NCBI GenBank assembly: GCA_963713615.1
Contig: CAVQMM010000001.1
Span: 1,696,001-1,760,000, forward strand
Reading direction: 5' to 3'
DNA from: an uncultured Chlamydiae bacterium
Lineage (GTDB): Bacteria > Chlamydiota > Chlamydiia > Chlamydiales > JAJFMA01
DNA: 64,000 bases
A model generated the notes under the pieces. That model was not told the origin of the DNA and made no database searches. It saw nothing but the letters and a program-made list of their open reading frames with translations. Within the stretch, counting starts at the first letter, position 1. The number at the start of each line of letters is the position of its first letter. Positions 40,689-51,142 of this stretch are shown here, one piece after another. Made by a program: the position numbers and the translations under genes.

Positions 40689-41120
40689 ATGCGCATCTTT
40701 TGTCTATTATTCTCATTAGGATTAGGTCTCATGGCCTCCGTTCAAGCCGATGACTCCCTATTAACGGTGGATCGCTGCGTGAAAGCTTTACAGGAACATA
40801 AGCTGGTTGTCCTCTGCTTTCAAAACTCCCAAACAAACAGTAATCAGGAAGCCCTAAACGGTGTCCGAGACTTCAAAGCAGATAGCCGTTATGCGGGTAG
40901 AACCGAGGTAATGATTATCGATCCCAAGGACCCTAAAGAGTCTGCTCTTATCGATGGACTGGGTTTAAGGCCTGATCTTTCCGTCGCTACGACTGTGATA
41001 GTGACCTATCCCGGGCGGGTCTTGGCGACATATTTTGGACCTGTGGAAAAAGAGCATCTGTTGTGGGATATAAAACAGTCTTCGTGTGGGTGTGGTTGTC
41101 CATGTGGTTGCGGAAGATGA
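40689..41120 (+). CDS. Exported hypothetical protein, possibly thioredoxin-like fold, with Cys-rich tail
   Basis: Signal peptide ending VQA and C-terminal CGCGCPCGCGR. The stop lies inside a solo MITE TIR. Confidence 0.55.
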   Translation: MRIFCLLFSLGLGLMASVQADDSLLTVDRCVKALQEHKLVVLCFQNSQTNSNQEALNGVRDFKADSRYAGRTEVMIIDPKDPKESALIDGLGLRPDLSVATTVIVTYPGRVLATYFGPVEKEHLLWDIKQSSCGCGCPCGCGR

Positions 41121-41157
41121 CCGAAAAGGTGAACAAGGCCAAAAAATAGGATGAGAA

Positions 41158-42867
41158 ATGGGCGACCTTCATAACCTAAAAATCGTATTCATTCTGACGG
41201 CAGGATTCTGCTTGGCAAGCATCCTAGGTTATGCGACACAGCGCATTCGTTTATCACCCCTGTTAGGGTATTTGATTGCTGGATATCTCATCGGCCCCTT
41301 TTCCCCTTGGTATACCGCTGACATAGGTCTTTCGGAACAACTCGCTGAGATTGGCGTCGTCCTCATGCTGTTCGGCGTTGGGCTACACTTTAAGCTGGAG
41401 GACCTATCTAAGGTCAAGAGCATCGCTATTCCAGGAGCATTAGGACAAACCTTTGTTGCCGTAGTAGTCACAGATCTCTTTATTCAAAGCATTGGCTGGA
41501 GCACAGAAGCTGGCCTTGTCCTTGGTATATCCGTTGGGGTAGCCAGTACCGTCGTCTTGGTCAGAGTTCTATCTGACAACGACCTTTTGGGAACCCCTGA
41601 AGGACATATTGCCGTCGGGTGGCTGATCGTCGAAGACGTCCTGACCGTGCTAGCGCTGCTTCTCTTGCCGGCCTTGTCAAACACTCTGACAGATATCGAT
41701 GTCTTCTATGAAGACATCTTCTATTCCATTGGTGGTGCATTACTCAAATTTGCGCTCCTTGGACTCTTTATGTTCACGATCGGTAAGCGATTTGTCAAAT
41801 ATGCCCTCTTCAAAGTGGCTCGCATGCACTCCCATGAACTCTTTACCCTAACAATTCTGGCCCTGACTTTTGGTATTGCTACCGGCTCTGCGCTCCTCTT
41901 TGGAACCTCTATCGCTCTGGGAGCGTTTATGGCAGGCATGATCATCGGTAGAACAGACGTGCATCATCAGGTACTCGCTAACGCTTTCCCTTTAAGGGAT
42001 GCCTTTGTGGTGATCTTCTTCCTGTCCGTAGGCATGCTATTTAATCCCTATTCCATCTCTGGTAACTTCCCCCTCTTCATTGCCTTGCTAGCCATCATTA
42101 TGATCGTCAAGCCCCTGGTGGCCTTTATTATAGCACTCGCCTATCGCTTACCCCTCAAAACAGCCCTGACAGTCGCGATGGCCTTGGCACAGATTGGTGA
42201 GTTTTCCTTTATCTTAGTGGAGGAGGCTTCCAGACTAAAGATCATTCCCGATGAAGGCTATGACGCCATTATTGCCTGTGCCATGGCTTCTATTGCCCTA
42301 AATCCCCTGCTATTTCGCCTCGTAGTAGCTTATAGCGCACGTTTGGAACGCATGTTGCATGGAATGCTTCAAGGCAGCAAAGAGCAACTGCTTGATTTCA
42401 TCCCTACAGCAGTTGTGGTAGGATTTCATCCTATTGGGCAAAATGCCACGCATACACTAGAGAAAATCGGTTTTGCACCAGTGATCATCGATCGAAATAT
42501 TGATACCATTGCTGAACTGATAAAAAACAAACGCGCAGCCATTTACGGTGACGCCACTCTGCCAAATATTCTCAAAAGCGCACACGTCGACAAGGCCACC
42601 GTTCTGGTCATTACTGTAGCTAACCCTCACATCACACGGACCATCGTACACGCTGCACGGCACATGAATCCGGAGATTCGCATCCTGGCACGTTCGCGAT
42701 ACCTCTCAGACCGACCATCGTTTGACCACCCCAACAGTACTGTAGTGTGTGGCGAGGAGGAAGAGATTAAAGCTTTCGAAGAGGCCCTATTAGGCCTCTC
42801 CGAATTTGGCGTAGATCAATTGATTACTCTGGAAGAGCCCTATACCGAAACGAGGAAAGAACTTTGA
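41158..42867 (+). CDS. ybaL: CPA2 cation:proton antiporter with TrkA-N domain (YbaL/RosB-like)
   Basis: AEIGVVLMLFGVGL, STVVL, GWLIVED, ALGAF.AG, LAQIGEFSFIL, YGDAT. Confidence 0.88.
   Translation: MGDLHNLKIVFILTAGFCLASILGYATQRIRLSPLLGYLIAGYLIGPFSPWYTADIGLSEQLAEIGVVLMLFGVGLHFKLEDLSKVKSIAIPGALGQTFVAVVVTDLFIQSIGWSTEAGLVLGISVGVASTVVLVRVLSDNDLLGTPEGHIAVGWLIVEDVLTVLALLLLPALSNTLTDIDVFYEDIFYSIGGALLKFALLGLFMFTIGKRFVKYALFKVARMHSHELFTLTILALTFGIATGSALLFGTSIALGAFMAGMIIGRTDVHHQVLANAFPLRDAFVVIFFLSVGMLFNPYSISGNFPLFIALLAIIMIVKPLVAFIIALAYRLPLKTALTVAMALAQIGEFSFILVEEASRLKIIPDEGYDAIIACAMASIALNPLLFRLVVAYSARLERMLHGMLQGSKEQLLDFIPTAVVVGFHPIGQNATHTLEKIGFAPVIIDRNIDTIAELIKNKRAAIYGDATLPNILKSAHVDKATVLVITVANPHITRTIVHAARHMNPEIRILARSRYLSDRPSFDHPNSTVVCGEEEEIKAFEEALLGLSEFGVDQLITLEEPYTETRKEL
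41849..42830 (+). repeat. Copy 1 of a 982-bp direct repeat (3' part of ybaL); copy 2 at 53051-54032
   Basis: Near-identical sequence from TAACAATTCTGGCC to GATTACTCT at a constant offset of 11202. Confidence 0.95.
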
Positions 42868-42917
42868 GAGTTAATTTTGCAGAAGTACTGGTGGTATCGA
42901 AACAGCTATTATAGCCC

Positions 42918-43147
42918 TCACAACCGTGTTTCGGCGCGCAGCGCTTTGGAGTGCGTGTCGCTCGCGACCGCTTTGGATTTGGGCGATCCTATTGAATCGC
43001 GCACCGTTCTACGGAGGCTGCCCCCCCCCCCCACAGTTACCCCTAGAGAGAAGGGTTACGTTTCTTGCAATGCCAACTTCGCCCAAATCCAAAGCGGTCG
43101 CGAGCGACACGCACTCCAAAGCGCCACGCGCCGAGACAAGGTTGTGA
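42918..43147. repeat. Family A palindromic element within a repeat mosaic (42864-43270)
   Basis: Arms of about 65 bp and a C12 tract in the spacer. Flanked by TTGCAGAAGT / ACTTCTGCAATTACCTC and by a family E half at 43215-43262. Confidence 0.85.
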
Positions 43148-43322
43148 AGGCTTTATTAGCTATCTAACCTCTCAAAAACTTCTGCAATTACCTCCTATGA
43201 ACACCATGGACATTAAGCCCAAAAGACTTGTTAGGTTGATGCCTATGGGGCGATGCCCTGGTATATTCCTGAACATGTTTTTCAGTCTGAAAAACTGCTA
43301 CAAGACGCCAGCCATGGACCCA

Positions 43323-43895
43323 TCAACCCTGAGCTCCAATATTTGGATCGACGCGATAATAGTTTATACCGCTCTCCACAATATCCATCCCAACATCACC
43401 GGTATCTGTCAGAAACGAATAGTGTTTAAGGGAAAGCTGCGACGGTGGTCTTTCATATCTTTCCGTTATAGCCCGTCTAACAAGATCTGTTTCCGCGTTA
43501 TGAAGGTACAGCGCACCTATATTCTTGATACCTGAGTCGATGATGAGAATAGAGTGGGAAAAGACTATGTCAAAAGAAGTATGAGAATCCTGGCTCATCA
43601 ACCGAACTATTACAGATTCGCCCCGCCAGTTGAAGTCCTTTAGATTCGGAGCCGACAATTCTACTTTATAGCCGGATTGAATTTCAGCGCAGTTACGCAC
43701 CAACAACAGGTCGCAATCTGTTTGGTATTCTTGACCTGTCACATCTTCAGCTATGATGTCATATGTACGATCCTCAATTTCAAAACCATCTTCGGACGAG
43801 TAGGCGTTAAATTGAAATAGCACTTGGGGGCCTGATTTGGATATCGATTTAAGATAAAAAAAGTCTCTAGAACCACGTGGTAATACGCCTTCCAA
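43323..43895 (-). CDS. Hypothetical protein, possibly a 5'-truncated fragment
   Basis: 190-codon ORF with TTG start and no recognisable motif. Confidence 0.4.
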   Translation of the reverse strand: MEGVLPRGSRDFFYLKSISKSGPQVLFQFNAYSSEDGFEIEDRTYDIIAEDVTGQEYQTDCDLLLVRNCAEIQSGYKVELSAPNLKDFNWRGESVIVRLMSQDSHTSFDIVFSHSILIIDSGIKNIGALYLHNAETDLVRRAITERYERPPSQLSLKHYSFLTDTGDVGMDIVESGINYYRVDPNIGAQG

Positions 43896-44093
43896 AACCT
43901 CAGGATTTTTTGGTAACTGTATACAAGGCTTACCATCTTTAACAACTCAGCACTCAGTTTGGTCGGCGATCTAAAGGCCGTCTCATCTCCAGAGGTTGTC
44001 TATACTAAACGACCTCATATCAAAAATATCTTTTAAATTAAGAGACGCTCGATTACCTTCGTGCCAGTCAATTAATTTTTGGGGAATTCACAG

Positions 44094-47000
44094 ATGGTTT
44101 TCTATCTAAAATGCTTGCCAAACGCCCTTTTTTCAAGAGCCCTAGCAAAGCCCAATTTTCTTTGGCTTTGGGTTATCTTCTATCTTTCAGCCTCTTCTCT
44201 ATTTGCTGAGAACAATACTGATGACTTGATTTTGTCTACGGTCGATCAGATTGTCACTCTAAATAGTGATCAAGACTACCTGGTGGGGGGGCTTGTCAGC
44301 CCTATGAGCGGACAGCTCTGTTTAAGGCACACAGATCTTGTTGCCAAAGGCGCTCAAAATGTTGTCTTAAGCCGCTCCTATATTCCCCCTTATGTACCAC
44401 AAGGGATTGTAGCCTGGGAGAGGTGGCACAAATATGCCAAGACCGGTGATGGAGAGCTGGAGCGTTGGAAGCTCAACAAGCACCTTGGACGAACATACAA
44501 AGGATGGGTGTTCTTTCCTCACATGCACTTACAATGCCTCGGCCTTCATACGTTGCGTAATCGAGGTCCATATGAAGGTGAGCTATTGGTTCGTCTCATC
44601 GATCCAAATGGGATTAGCCTAGAAGTCCATGTGACAGGTGATTCTAAAGTAAAGCTCATCAATGAGCCCTATGGAATCAGCAACGTATGTGGTGAAACCC
44701 CCAGTGGTCGCTATGATATTCGAAATACGCGTATCGCGTCCTTAGAGAATCGCGCAAAAATCGTTGTCTCCTCTCCTGAAGGAATTACACGACATTATCG
44801 AAAAAATGAGAGTCACTTTTACCTACTAGACAAGGAAATTTTAGCGAATGGAAAGGTCCTTAGGTATACCTACAATGGAAGAGACCTTCGTTTAATCGAA
44901 AGTTTAGATCCTCAGGAAAGGTACGTTTATGCGTCGATTGCTGTGGAAGGTGCTCCCGCAGCCAAAAAATGCCAGTTTCTTAGTAACTCAGGACAATCAG
45001 CCTCTTATGAATATCAAACGCGCACGGAGTTCATACCTTTAAAGATAAGAAGGATAGAGCGAGCAAGCTGGCCTCCTCTCCTCTCTGCGGTAAATAGTCC
45101 CTTTTATCATCACGAGACGCTTAACTATACGAATATGTTTGTCTTGGAGAGCCAGCAGAGCCATCTTCAACCCTTTAAATGCAGCTATAGTACAACATCG
45201 AGCCATAATGGCCCCCCGCACCTTCGCATAGACAAGCTTTGGTTCCCCAATCCGGGAGGCGTTGAATCCGCAGCTTACATATTTAGTTATCACCCTCCCG
45301 TACCTGGAGACAGAGGAGGGCAAACCACTGTAAAAAGTAGTGATGGCAGCTCAATTGTCTACTACATGACCAAAGAACTCCTACCCGAAAAAACCCTGTG
45401 TTACAATGCCCAGAACCAGCTTTGCAAACAAACGATCTACCATTGGAGCAACCAACAATGGCTAATAGCTGTCGAAGTCAAAGACGGACAAAACAATCTT
45501 CTTCATCAGAAAAGCTATGAATACGACAGCTTTGGGAATCCTACCATTATTCGGTTGACTGGAGACATCACTGGAGATGGCAAGCTACTAAACACAACGG
45601 TCAAGCGAAGCTATTCCCAAGATGGAAGGAACCTCCTGTTGCGGGAGGAGGCAGATAATGGAAAAATCACCTCTTTTACCTACTTAACCAATACCAATCT
45701 GGTCACCTCCAAACTCATCCAGGAAGATAATCGTATCCTAAAACGCGAATTCTTCGCATATGATTCCTGCAACAACCTGGTCAGTGAAATCATTGATGAT
45801 GGGGCTAGTGAAGATAGTCACGATCTGCAGGGTGTTACCCAGCGAAATACGAAAAAATATACTTTGCGTGACCAACAACCCTTTTTGCATATGGTCGAGT
45901 GGGTTGAGGAGAGCTATTTCGATGGCACGGCTGAGAGAACATGGAAACAGACTCACTATACCTATGATGAATGGGGCAATGTGAGCCAAGAGGACGTTTA
46001 TGATGCTGACCTAAATTTAGCCTACAGTCTATTTAAGAAGTACAACGAACGCGGAGATGTTCTGTCGGAGAGCAATGCGTTAGGGGAAAAAGCCCTCTAC
46101 ACCTATAACGATCGTGGATACCAAACCTCGGCTACTGACTACAGCCAGGAATTGCTAACTGAAAAATCTTATGATGCCAAGGGACGTCTTATAGAGAAAA
46201 CAGAAAAGGGTAGGGATGGAATTAAACACACCACACACTATCGCTATGACGCGCAAGACCGTCTGGTGCAAGAGATCGATCCTTACGGCAATATCACCAG
46301 ATATACGTACGATCCCGTTACCAACAAAATTATTCAAACAGAGCTTCCTCCCATCTTAGGCTTGGATGGACAATCTATACCCGTGACTCAGCGATCAACG
46401 TACGACGCATTGGGTCGCGAACTCACCAAAACCGATGAAAATAGTCAGACAACCTCCTATCGTTACAATGCCCTTGGCTCCCCTACTGAAATTACCCATC
46501 CTGATGGCAGTCAAGAACATTTTAGGTATGCCATCACAGGTCAATTGAAGAGCTATACTGATCGAGATGGGTTAACCACTGAGTATACTCGTGACCTCTT
46601 TGACCGAGTGACCTCCAAGACCTACTATACGACTAACGAAGAGTCTATCGCACGAGAAACCTATGTCTATAACGCCTTTAACCTCCTAGAAGAAACAGAT
46701 CGGGAAGGGCATCACAAAACCTACTCTTACGATGGAACAGGACGTCTAATTTCTGAGTCCTATTGTGGAAAACTCACCAGCTATGCCTACGATAACCTGG
46801 GAAGGCAAGCCTCTATCGTTCAGCATAATGGCGAAAACACCCTTTGTACTGTATTTAAGAGAGATCTATTAGACCGCGTCCTCGAAAGGACTCAAACGAC
46901 TCCAGCTGGAAATGTGCTTCACAAGATTGCCTATCGTTATGACAGCAAGGGCAATATCAACCGAACCACTCGTTTGATCAATGGCAGCGAGGCTATCGAA

Positions 47001-49241
47001 GAGAGTCACTACGACTCACTCAATCGGCTAATTGAGAAGTGCGATGCCCTTGGAAACGCCACCAAAATCAGCTATGAAGAGACCGCACTAAACGCGATCG
47101 GACAAAAGGTCTTAAGCAAAAGGATAATCGACCCGAAACAGATCACGACACTTGTGATCCATGACGCTTACGATCGAGAGGTCAAAAGGGAAGTCCTTGA
47201 TTCGAATCAGAGAATTCTCTCCTGTCAAGAAATGACCTACGACTGTGCCGGAAACCTCCTGCAGCAACAAGACCACATTTATGTCGATGGTACTTTTCAA
47301 AAGACACAAACATTACGGTACCAGTACACCTCTACGAATGAGGTGGAGAGCTGCACCAGGGCCTATGGGACGCCCTTGGCCAGAACCACAACTTATGACT
47401 ATACCCCGGAAGGGCAAATCGCAGTGAAAAGGATGCCTAGTGGCATCCATCTTTATTATGACTACCATCCCTTCGGTTTTTTGGCCGAGCTGACCTCTTC
47501 AGATGGAAAGGTACATCTGAAATATTCCTATAATAAGCTAGGACATTTATTGCAGGCCTGCGACCTAACAACTGGAGTGAGCATTCAAAGAGAGGTGGAC
47601 CCCTTCGGCAATATTCTGTCGGAACGCTTTTCGCATGGTCTGAAGATAGACAAAACCTATGACTGTAGAGACCGTCCGCTTGAGGTTAGCTTGTCTGGGC
47701 AAGGAACCATCCAGTACCAGTATGATCCGCTCTATTTGCGGAGCGTCATCCGTCAAAAGCACCCCGATGACAGAACCTACGTGCATCAGTATAGTGAATA
47801 TGACTTGGCTGGGCATGTGGTAACTGAGCAGCTCATGGATGATCTAGGATCCATCCATCATACTGTGGACCTGAAGGGACGCAAAATAGGATGTAAAAGT
47901 TCGTATTTCACGCAGCAATGTGTCTACGACGAGCGAGACAATTTAGTTCAGGCATGGGTCGATGACAAGCCATTTGCATATGACTATGACGACCTTTCTC
48001 AGCTCCGCTTGGAAGAGGAGGCAGATGGCTCGCACACTTACCTGCACGACTCGAATTACAATCGCGTGATCGCAAATGACCATTCATGCGAGACCAATGA
48101 TTTGAATGAACTGCTCTCTTCAGGACCAGTACAATGCACCTATGACCTCAATGGAAATCTGATCTCGAAAAAAACACCGCAAGCTACAGTCAACTTTACT
48201 TACAATGCCCTAAACCAGCTGTTGGAAGTTTCGGATGACAGACTCATCGCCAAAATGACCTATGACCCGTTGGGGAGGAGGCTGAGCAAAACAGCCTTTC
48301 TAGCCCAAGAGGGTGAATGGACACAAATAAGTCATGAGAACTACCTCTATGATGGTGAAAACGAGATTGGCGCCTTTGATGTCGACGGTCGTGTCAAACA
48401 ACTACGGGTGCTGGGACTAGCACTGCACAAGAATGCACCTCAGACTGTCGCTATTGAGCTCAGCGGAGAGCTTTACGTTCCTCTGATGGATTTTCAGGGC
48501 AATATACGTCGATTAGTCGACTCCAAGTCCAAGAAGATCACAGAATCTTATGACTTCTCAGCCTTTGGTGAAGAGTTCTTCAGTAGTGTGCGAATACTGA
48601 CAAACCCTTGGAGATATGCATCTAAACGAACCGATCCTGAGTTTAACCTCATCAACTTTGGCAAGCGCTATTATGATCCAGAGCTGGGCAGGTGGCTTAC
48701 CACGGATCCAGCGGGCTTCATTGATGGGACAAACCTTTATGTTTACCTCTTCAACAACCCATTCCGTTATATTGATCCCGATGGACAGTTTGCGGCAGTC
48801 TTATTTCTGCCCCTTTTGGAATGGGGAGGTGCTGCTGGGCTAACATGGCTCGTTTCAAGCACAGCAATATGCACAGCCATTACCGGAGCATTGGTCTATA
48901 CAGCCATTTCCTGGGGCATGGAAACTGTTCTCGCAAAGGATAACCCTGATGATCTTTACGAACTTGAAGAGGAGTATGAATGTCGAGGAAAAGGGAAACC
49001 AAGGAACAAAGAAGGAAAAAAGAAACCACGGCCAAGAGGTCCGGAAGACTCCGATCCACCCCCTTTTCCAAATGATGAGCAGAGAAAGCAAGCTGATGAT
49101 GCAAAAAGAGAAGCCGAAAGAAACACTGGAAGAAAATTTACTAAAAGAGGGGAAAGAGAATTTCATGATGAAATTACCGGTAAAGGATATCCCTACCGTA
49201 AACTGGTAGAAGAAGCGATACATAAATTATTAGGAACATGA
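44094..49241 (+). CDS. RHS/YD-repeat polymorphic toxin with Sec-type signal peptide
   Basis: Many YD repeats and the core end FGKRYYDPELGRWLTTDP..NPFRYIDPDG, followed by a variable tip. Leader ending SSLFA. Confidence 0.95.
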   Translation: MVFYLKCLPNALFSRALAKPNFLWLWVIFYLSASSLFAENNTDDLILSTVDQIVTLNSDQDYLVGGLVSPMSGQLCLRHTDLVAKGAQNVVLSRSYIPPYVPQGIVAWERWHKYAKTGDGELERWKLNKHLGRTYKGWVFFPHMHLQCLGLHTLRNRGPYEGELLVRLIDPNGISLEVHVTGDSKVKLINEPYGISNVCGETPSGRYDIRNTRIASLENRAKIVVSSPEGITRHYRKNESHFYLLDKEILANGKVLRYTYNGRDLRLIESLDPQERYVYASIAVEGAPAAKKCQFLSNSGQSASYEYQTRTEFIPLKIRRIERASWPPLLSAVNSPFYHHETLNYTNMFVLESQQSHLQPFKCSYSTTSSHNGPPHLRIDKLWFPNPGGVESAAYIFSYHPPVPGDRGGQTTVKSSDGSSIVYYMTKELLPEKTLCYNAQNQLCKQTIYHWSNQQWLIAVEVKDGQNNLLHQKSYEYDSFGNPTIIRLTGDITGDGKLLNTTVKRSYSQDGRNLLLREEADNGKITSFTYLTNTNLVTSKLIQEDNRILKREFFAYDSCNNLVSEIIDDGASEDSHDLQGVTQRNTKKYTLRDQQPFLHMVEWVEESYFDGTAERTWKQTHYTYDEWGNVSQEDVYDADLNLAYSLFKKYNERGDVLSESNALGEKALYTYNDRGYQTSATDYSQELLTEKSYDAKGRLIEKTEKGRDGIKHTTHYRYDAQDRLVQEIDPYGNITRYTYDPVTNKIIQTELPPILGLDGQSIPVTQRSTYDALGRELTKTDENSQTTSYRYNALGSPTEITHPDGSQEHFRYAITGQLKSYTDRDGLTTEYTRDLFDRVTSKTYYTTNEESIARETYVYNAFNLLEETDREGHHKTYSYDGTGRLISESYCGKLTSYAYDNLGRQASIVQHNGENTLCTVFKRDLLDRVLERTQTTPAGNVLHKIAYRYDSKGNINRTTRLINGSEAIEESHYDSLNRLIEKCDALGNATKISYEETALNAIGQKVLSKRIIDPKQITTLVIHDAYDREVKREVLDSNQRILSCQEMTYDCAGNLLQQQDHIYVDGTFQKTQTLRYQYTSTNEVESCTRAYGTPLARTTTYDYTPEGQIAVKRMPSGIHLYYDYHPFGFLAELTSSDGKVHLKYSYNKLGHLLQACDLTTGVSIQREVDPFGNILSERFSHGLKIDKTYDCRDRPLEVSLSGQGTIQYQYDPLYLRSVIRQKHPDDRTYVHQYSEYDLAGHVVTEQLMDDLGSIHHTVDLKGRKIGCKSSYFTQQCVYDERDNLVQAWVDDKPFAYDYDDLSQLRLEEEADGSHTYLHDSNYNRVIANDHSCETNDLNELLSSGPVQCTYDLNGNLISKKTPQATVNFTYNALNQLLEVSDDRLIAKMTYDPLGRRLSKTAFLAQEGEWTQISHENYLYDGENEIGAFDVDGRVKQLRVLGLALHKNAPQTVAIELSGELYVPLMDFQGNIRRLVDSKSKKITESYDFSAFGEEFFSSVRILTNPWRYASKRTDPEFNLINFGKRYYDPELGRWLTTDPAGFIDGTNLYVYLFNNPFRYIDPDGQFAAVLFLPLLEWGGAAGLTWLVSSTAICTAITGALVYTAISWGMETVLAKDNPDDLYELEEEYECRGKGKPRNKEGKKKPRPRGPEDSDPPPFPNDEQRKQADDAKREAERNTGRKFTKRGEREFHDEITGKGYPYRKLVEEAIHKLLGT

Positions 49242-50143
49242 TAGTGGATTTTAATAAATTTATTTTAGAATTAAAAAATATTAATTTTGCGTTACCTGAT
49301 AAAAAAGTGGAAAAGGCATGGCATTCGATTGGAGGTAATATATTTTTTGATTTTGGCGATATTCTTTCTACCTATATAAACCGTAGAGGAGAAACACGAT
49401 CGCTATGGGAGTGGGGTATACATATTGGTAATAGTGCCTGGCGGCTTACAAAAGATAAGCGATTTCTCGTGGGTTCTGAAAGCTATGTAGAAGATATTGA
49501 GAAGAAAATACAAGGGCTTCTATCAAAGAAATTTGTCTCGATAGAGATAGTATCTCAATTTCTCGATTTAGAGATAAATTTTGAGGAAGGGTATCAGATT
49601 CAGACCTTCTTTTTCTGGGAGGCAGATGATCAGTGGTGGCTTGCCGTCCCCAACAAAGCTTCGTCCCCTCCCCATAATGAGTACCTTAGTGTTGATTGCG
49701 AAACTCCCGAGCAGATTAGAGATGTGTTAGAGTTATCCCTGAGGCTGCCAAGTCGTGATAATTATGAGCCGTTGACGGATGTTTTGGATGGGAAGCTCAT
49801 TAAGCGCATTTTTCTAGAAAAAGATAGAATATTTATGACCTGTGAAGATCGATGGTATTTTGCTATTGATATGTGGAGATGGAGGCTTGAAAAGGGTGGT
49901 GGATATGAATTAGGTTCATTTAGAGCTGACTCTTCAGATGAAGAACTTGCCAAGAGACTACAGGTTCTCGTTGGCGAAAGAATCAAGCGAGTCGATGCTG
50001 CAAACGATAAGAATGATCTACGAATTCAGATCGGCGATCACTATGTACTGAAAACATTCACTTCGAGTGAGTGGGACCACTGGTTTATTGACTCAAAGAA
50101 AGATACCATTCTCTCCTGGGCAGTTCAGACTGTTGATAACTGA
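49238..50143 (+). CDS. Putative cognate immunity protein (two internal homologous halves)
   Basis: ATGA overlap with the toxin stop, AT-richer composition, two paralogs downstream. Confidence 0.7.
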   Translation: MIVDFNKFILELKNINFALPDKKVEKAWHSIGGNIFFDFGDILSTYINRRGETRSLWEWGIHIGNSAWRLTKDKRFLVGSESYVEDIEKKIQGLLSKKFVSIEIVSQFLDLEINFEEGYQIQTFFFWEADDQWWLAVPNKASSPPHNEYLSVDCETPEQIRDVLELSLRLPSRDNYEPLTDVLDGKLIKRIFLEKDRIFMTCEDRWYFAIDMWRWRLEKGGGYELGSFRADSSDEELAKRLQVLVGERIKRVDAANDKNDLRIQIGDHYVLKTFTSSEWDHWFIDSKKDTILSWAVQTVDN

Positions 50144-50152
50144 CCCCTAGCA

Positions 50153-50233
50153 CACAATAGAACTACACGTAGAGGGTATGGTTATCGTAGCTTGGTGCAG
50201 GTTGCGATCGATATATTATTGGGATTGTTATGA
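50153..50233 (+). pseudogene. Relic 3' tip of a third toxin allele (HNRTTRRGYGYRSLVQVAIDILLGLL*)
   Basis: Aligns with the orphan tip HDETTGRGYNYRELKEVAIDILFGLL*. Its TGA overlaps the next ATG. Confidence 0.85.
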
Positions 50234-51129
50234 TGGATTTTAATAAATTTATTTCAGGATTACAAAATATTAATTCGACATTGCCTGGAAAAAAAGTAGA
50301 AAAGGCATGGAATTCCGTTGGGGATAGTATTTTTTTTGATTTTGGTGATATTTTTTCTACGGAGATGTGTCGCGATGGGAGCATGTATTTAACATGGGAA
50401 TGGGACATACACATAGGTAATGGTGCTTGGCGTCTTACAAAAGATAAACGATTTGTTGTAGGTTCAAACAGCCGTAAAGAGATCGAAGAGGAAATACAAA
50501 AGCTTTTGTCAAAAAAATTTATCTCTATAGAAATCGTCTCTCAATTTCTCGATTTAGAGATAAATTTTGAGGACGGATATCAAATTCAAACCTTCTTTTT
50601 CTCAGAGGCGGAGGATCAGTGGTGGTTTTCTTTCCCCAATAGAGCCACTACGCCTCGGGAGAAGGAGTACATTTGTATTGATTGCGAAACTCCCGAGCAG
50701 ATTAGAGATGGGCTAGAGTTGTCCCTAAGGTTGCCAATCCGTGATAACTATGAGCCTTTGACAGATCTTTTGGATGGAAAGCTTATTAAACGCATTTTTC
50801 TAGAAGAAGATAGAATTTTTATGAGCTGTGAAGATCGATTGTATTTTGCTATTGATACGTGGAGATGGAGGCTCGAAAGAGATGGTGGGTATGAAACAGG
50901 TTCATCTCGTGTTGATTTTTCTGATGAGGAGCTTGCCAAGCGATTACAGGTTCTCGTCGGCGAAAGAATCAAGCGAGTCGATGCTGCAAACGAGAAGAAT
51001 GATCTGCGAATTCAGATCGGCGATCACTATGTACTGAAAACGTTCACTTCGAGTGAGGAGGACCAGTGTTTCATTAACTCTAAGAAGGATATGATCCTGT
51101 TTTTTGGAGTTCAGACTGTTGATGACTAA
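50230..51129 (+). CDS. Putative immunity protein paralog 2
   Basis: Colinear with 49238-50143. Confidence 0.7.
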   Translation: MMDFNKFISGLQNINSTLPGKKVEKAWNSVGDSIFFDFGDIFSTEMCRDGSMYLTWEWDIHIGNGAWRLTKDKRFVVGSNSRKEIEEEIQKLLSKKFISIEIVSQFLDLEINFEDGYQIQTFFFSEAEDQWWFSFPNRATTPREKEYICIDCETPEQIRDGLELSLRLPIRDNYEPLTDLLDGKLIKRIFLEEDRIFMSCEDRLYFAIDTWRWRLERDGGYETGSSRVDFSDEELAKRLQVLVGERIKRVDAANEKNDLRIQIGDHYVLKTFTSSEEDQCFINSKKDMILFFGVQTVDD

Positions 51130-51142
51130 ACTCTTGTATTGA

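Noticed and set aside
43021..43032. C12 tract (and G7 at 14029-14035) as phase-variation switches
   Set aside because: The C12 tract is in a non-coding repeat spacer. The G7 tract is short, in frame and encodes a Gly-Gly conserved in paralogs.
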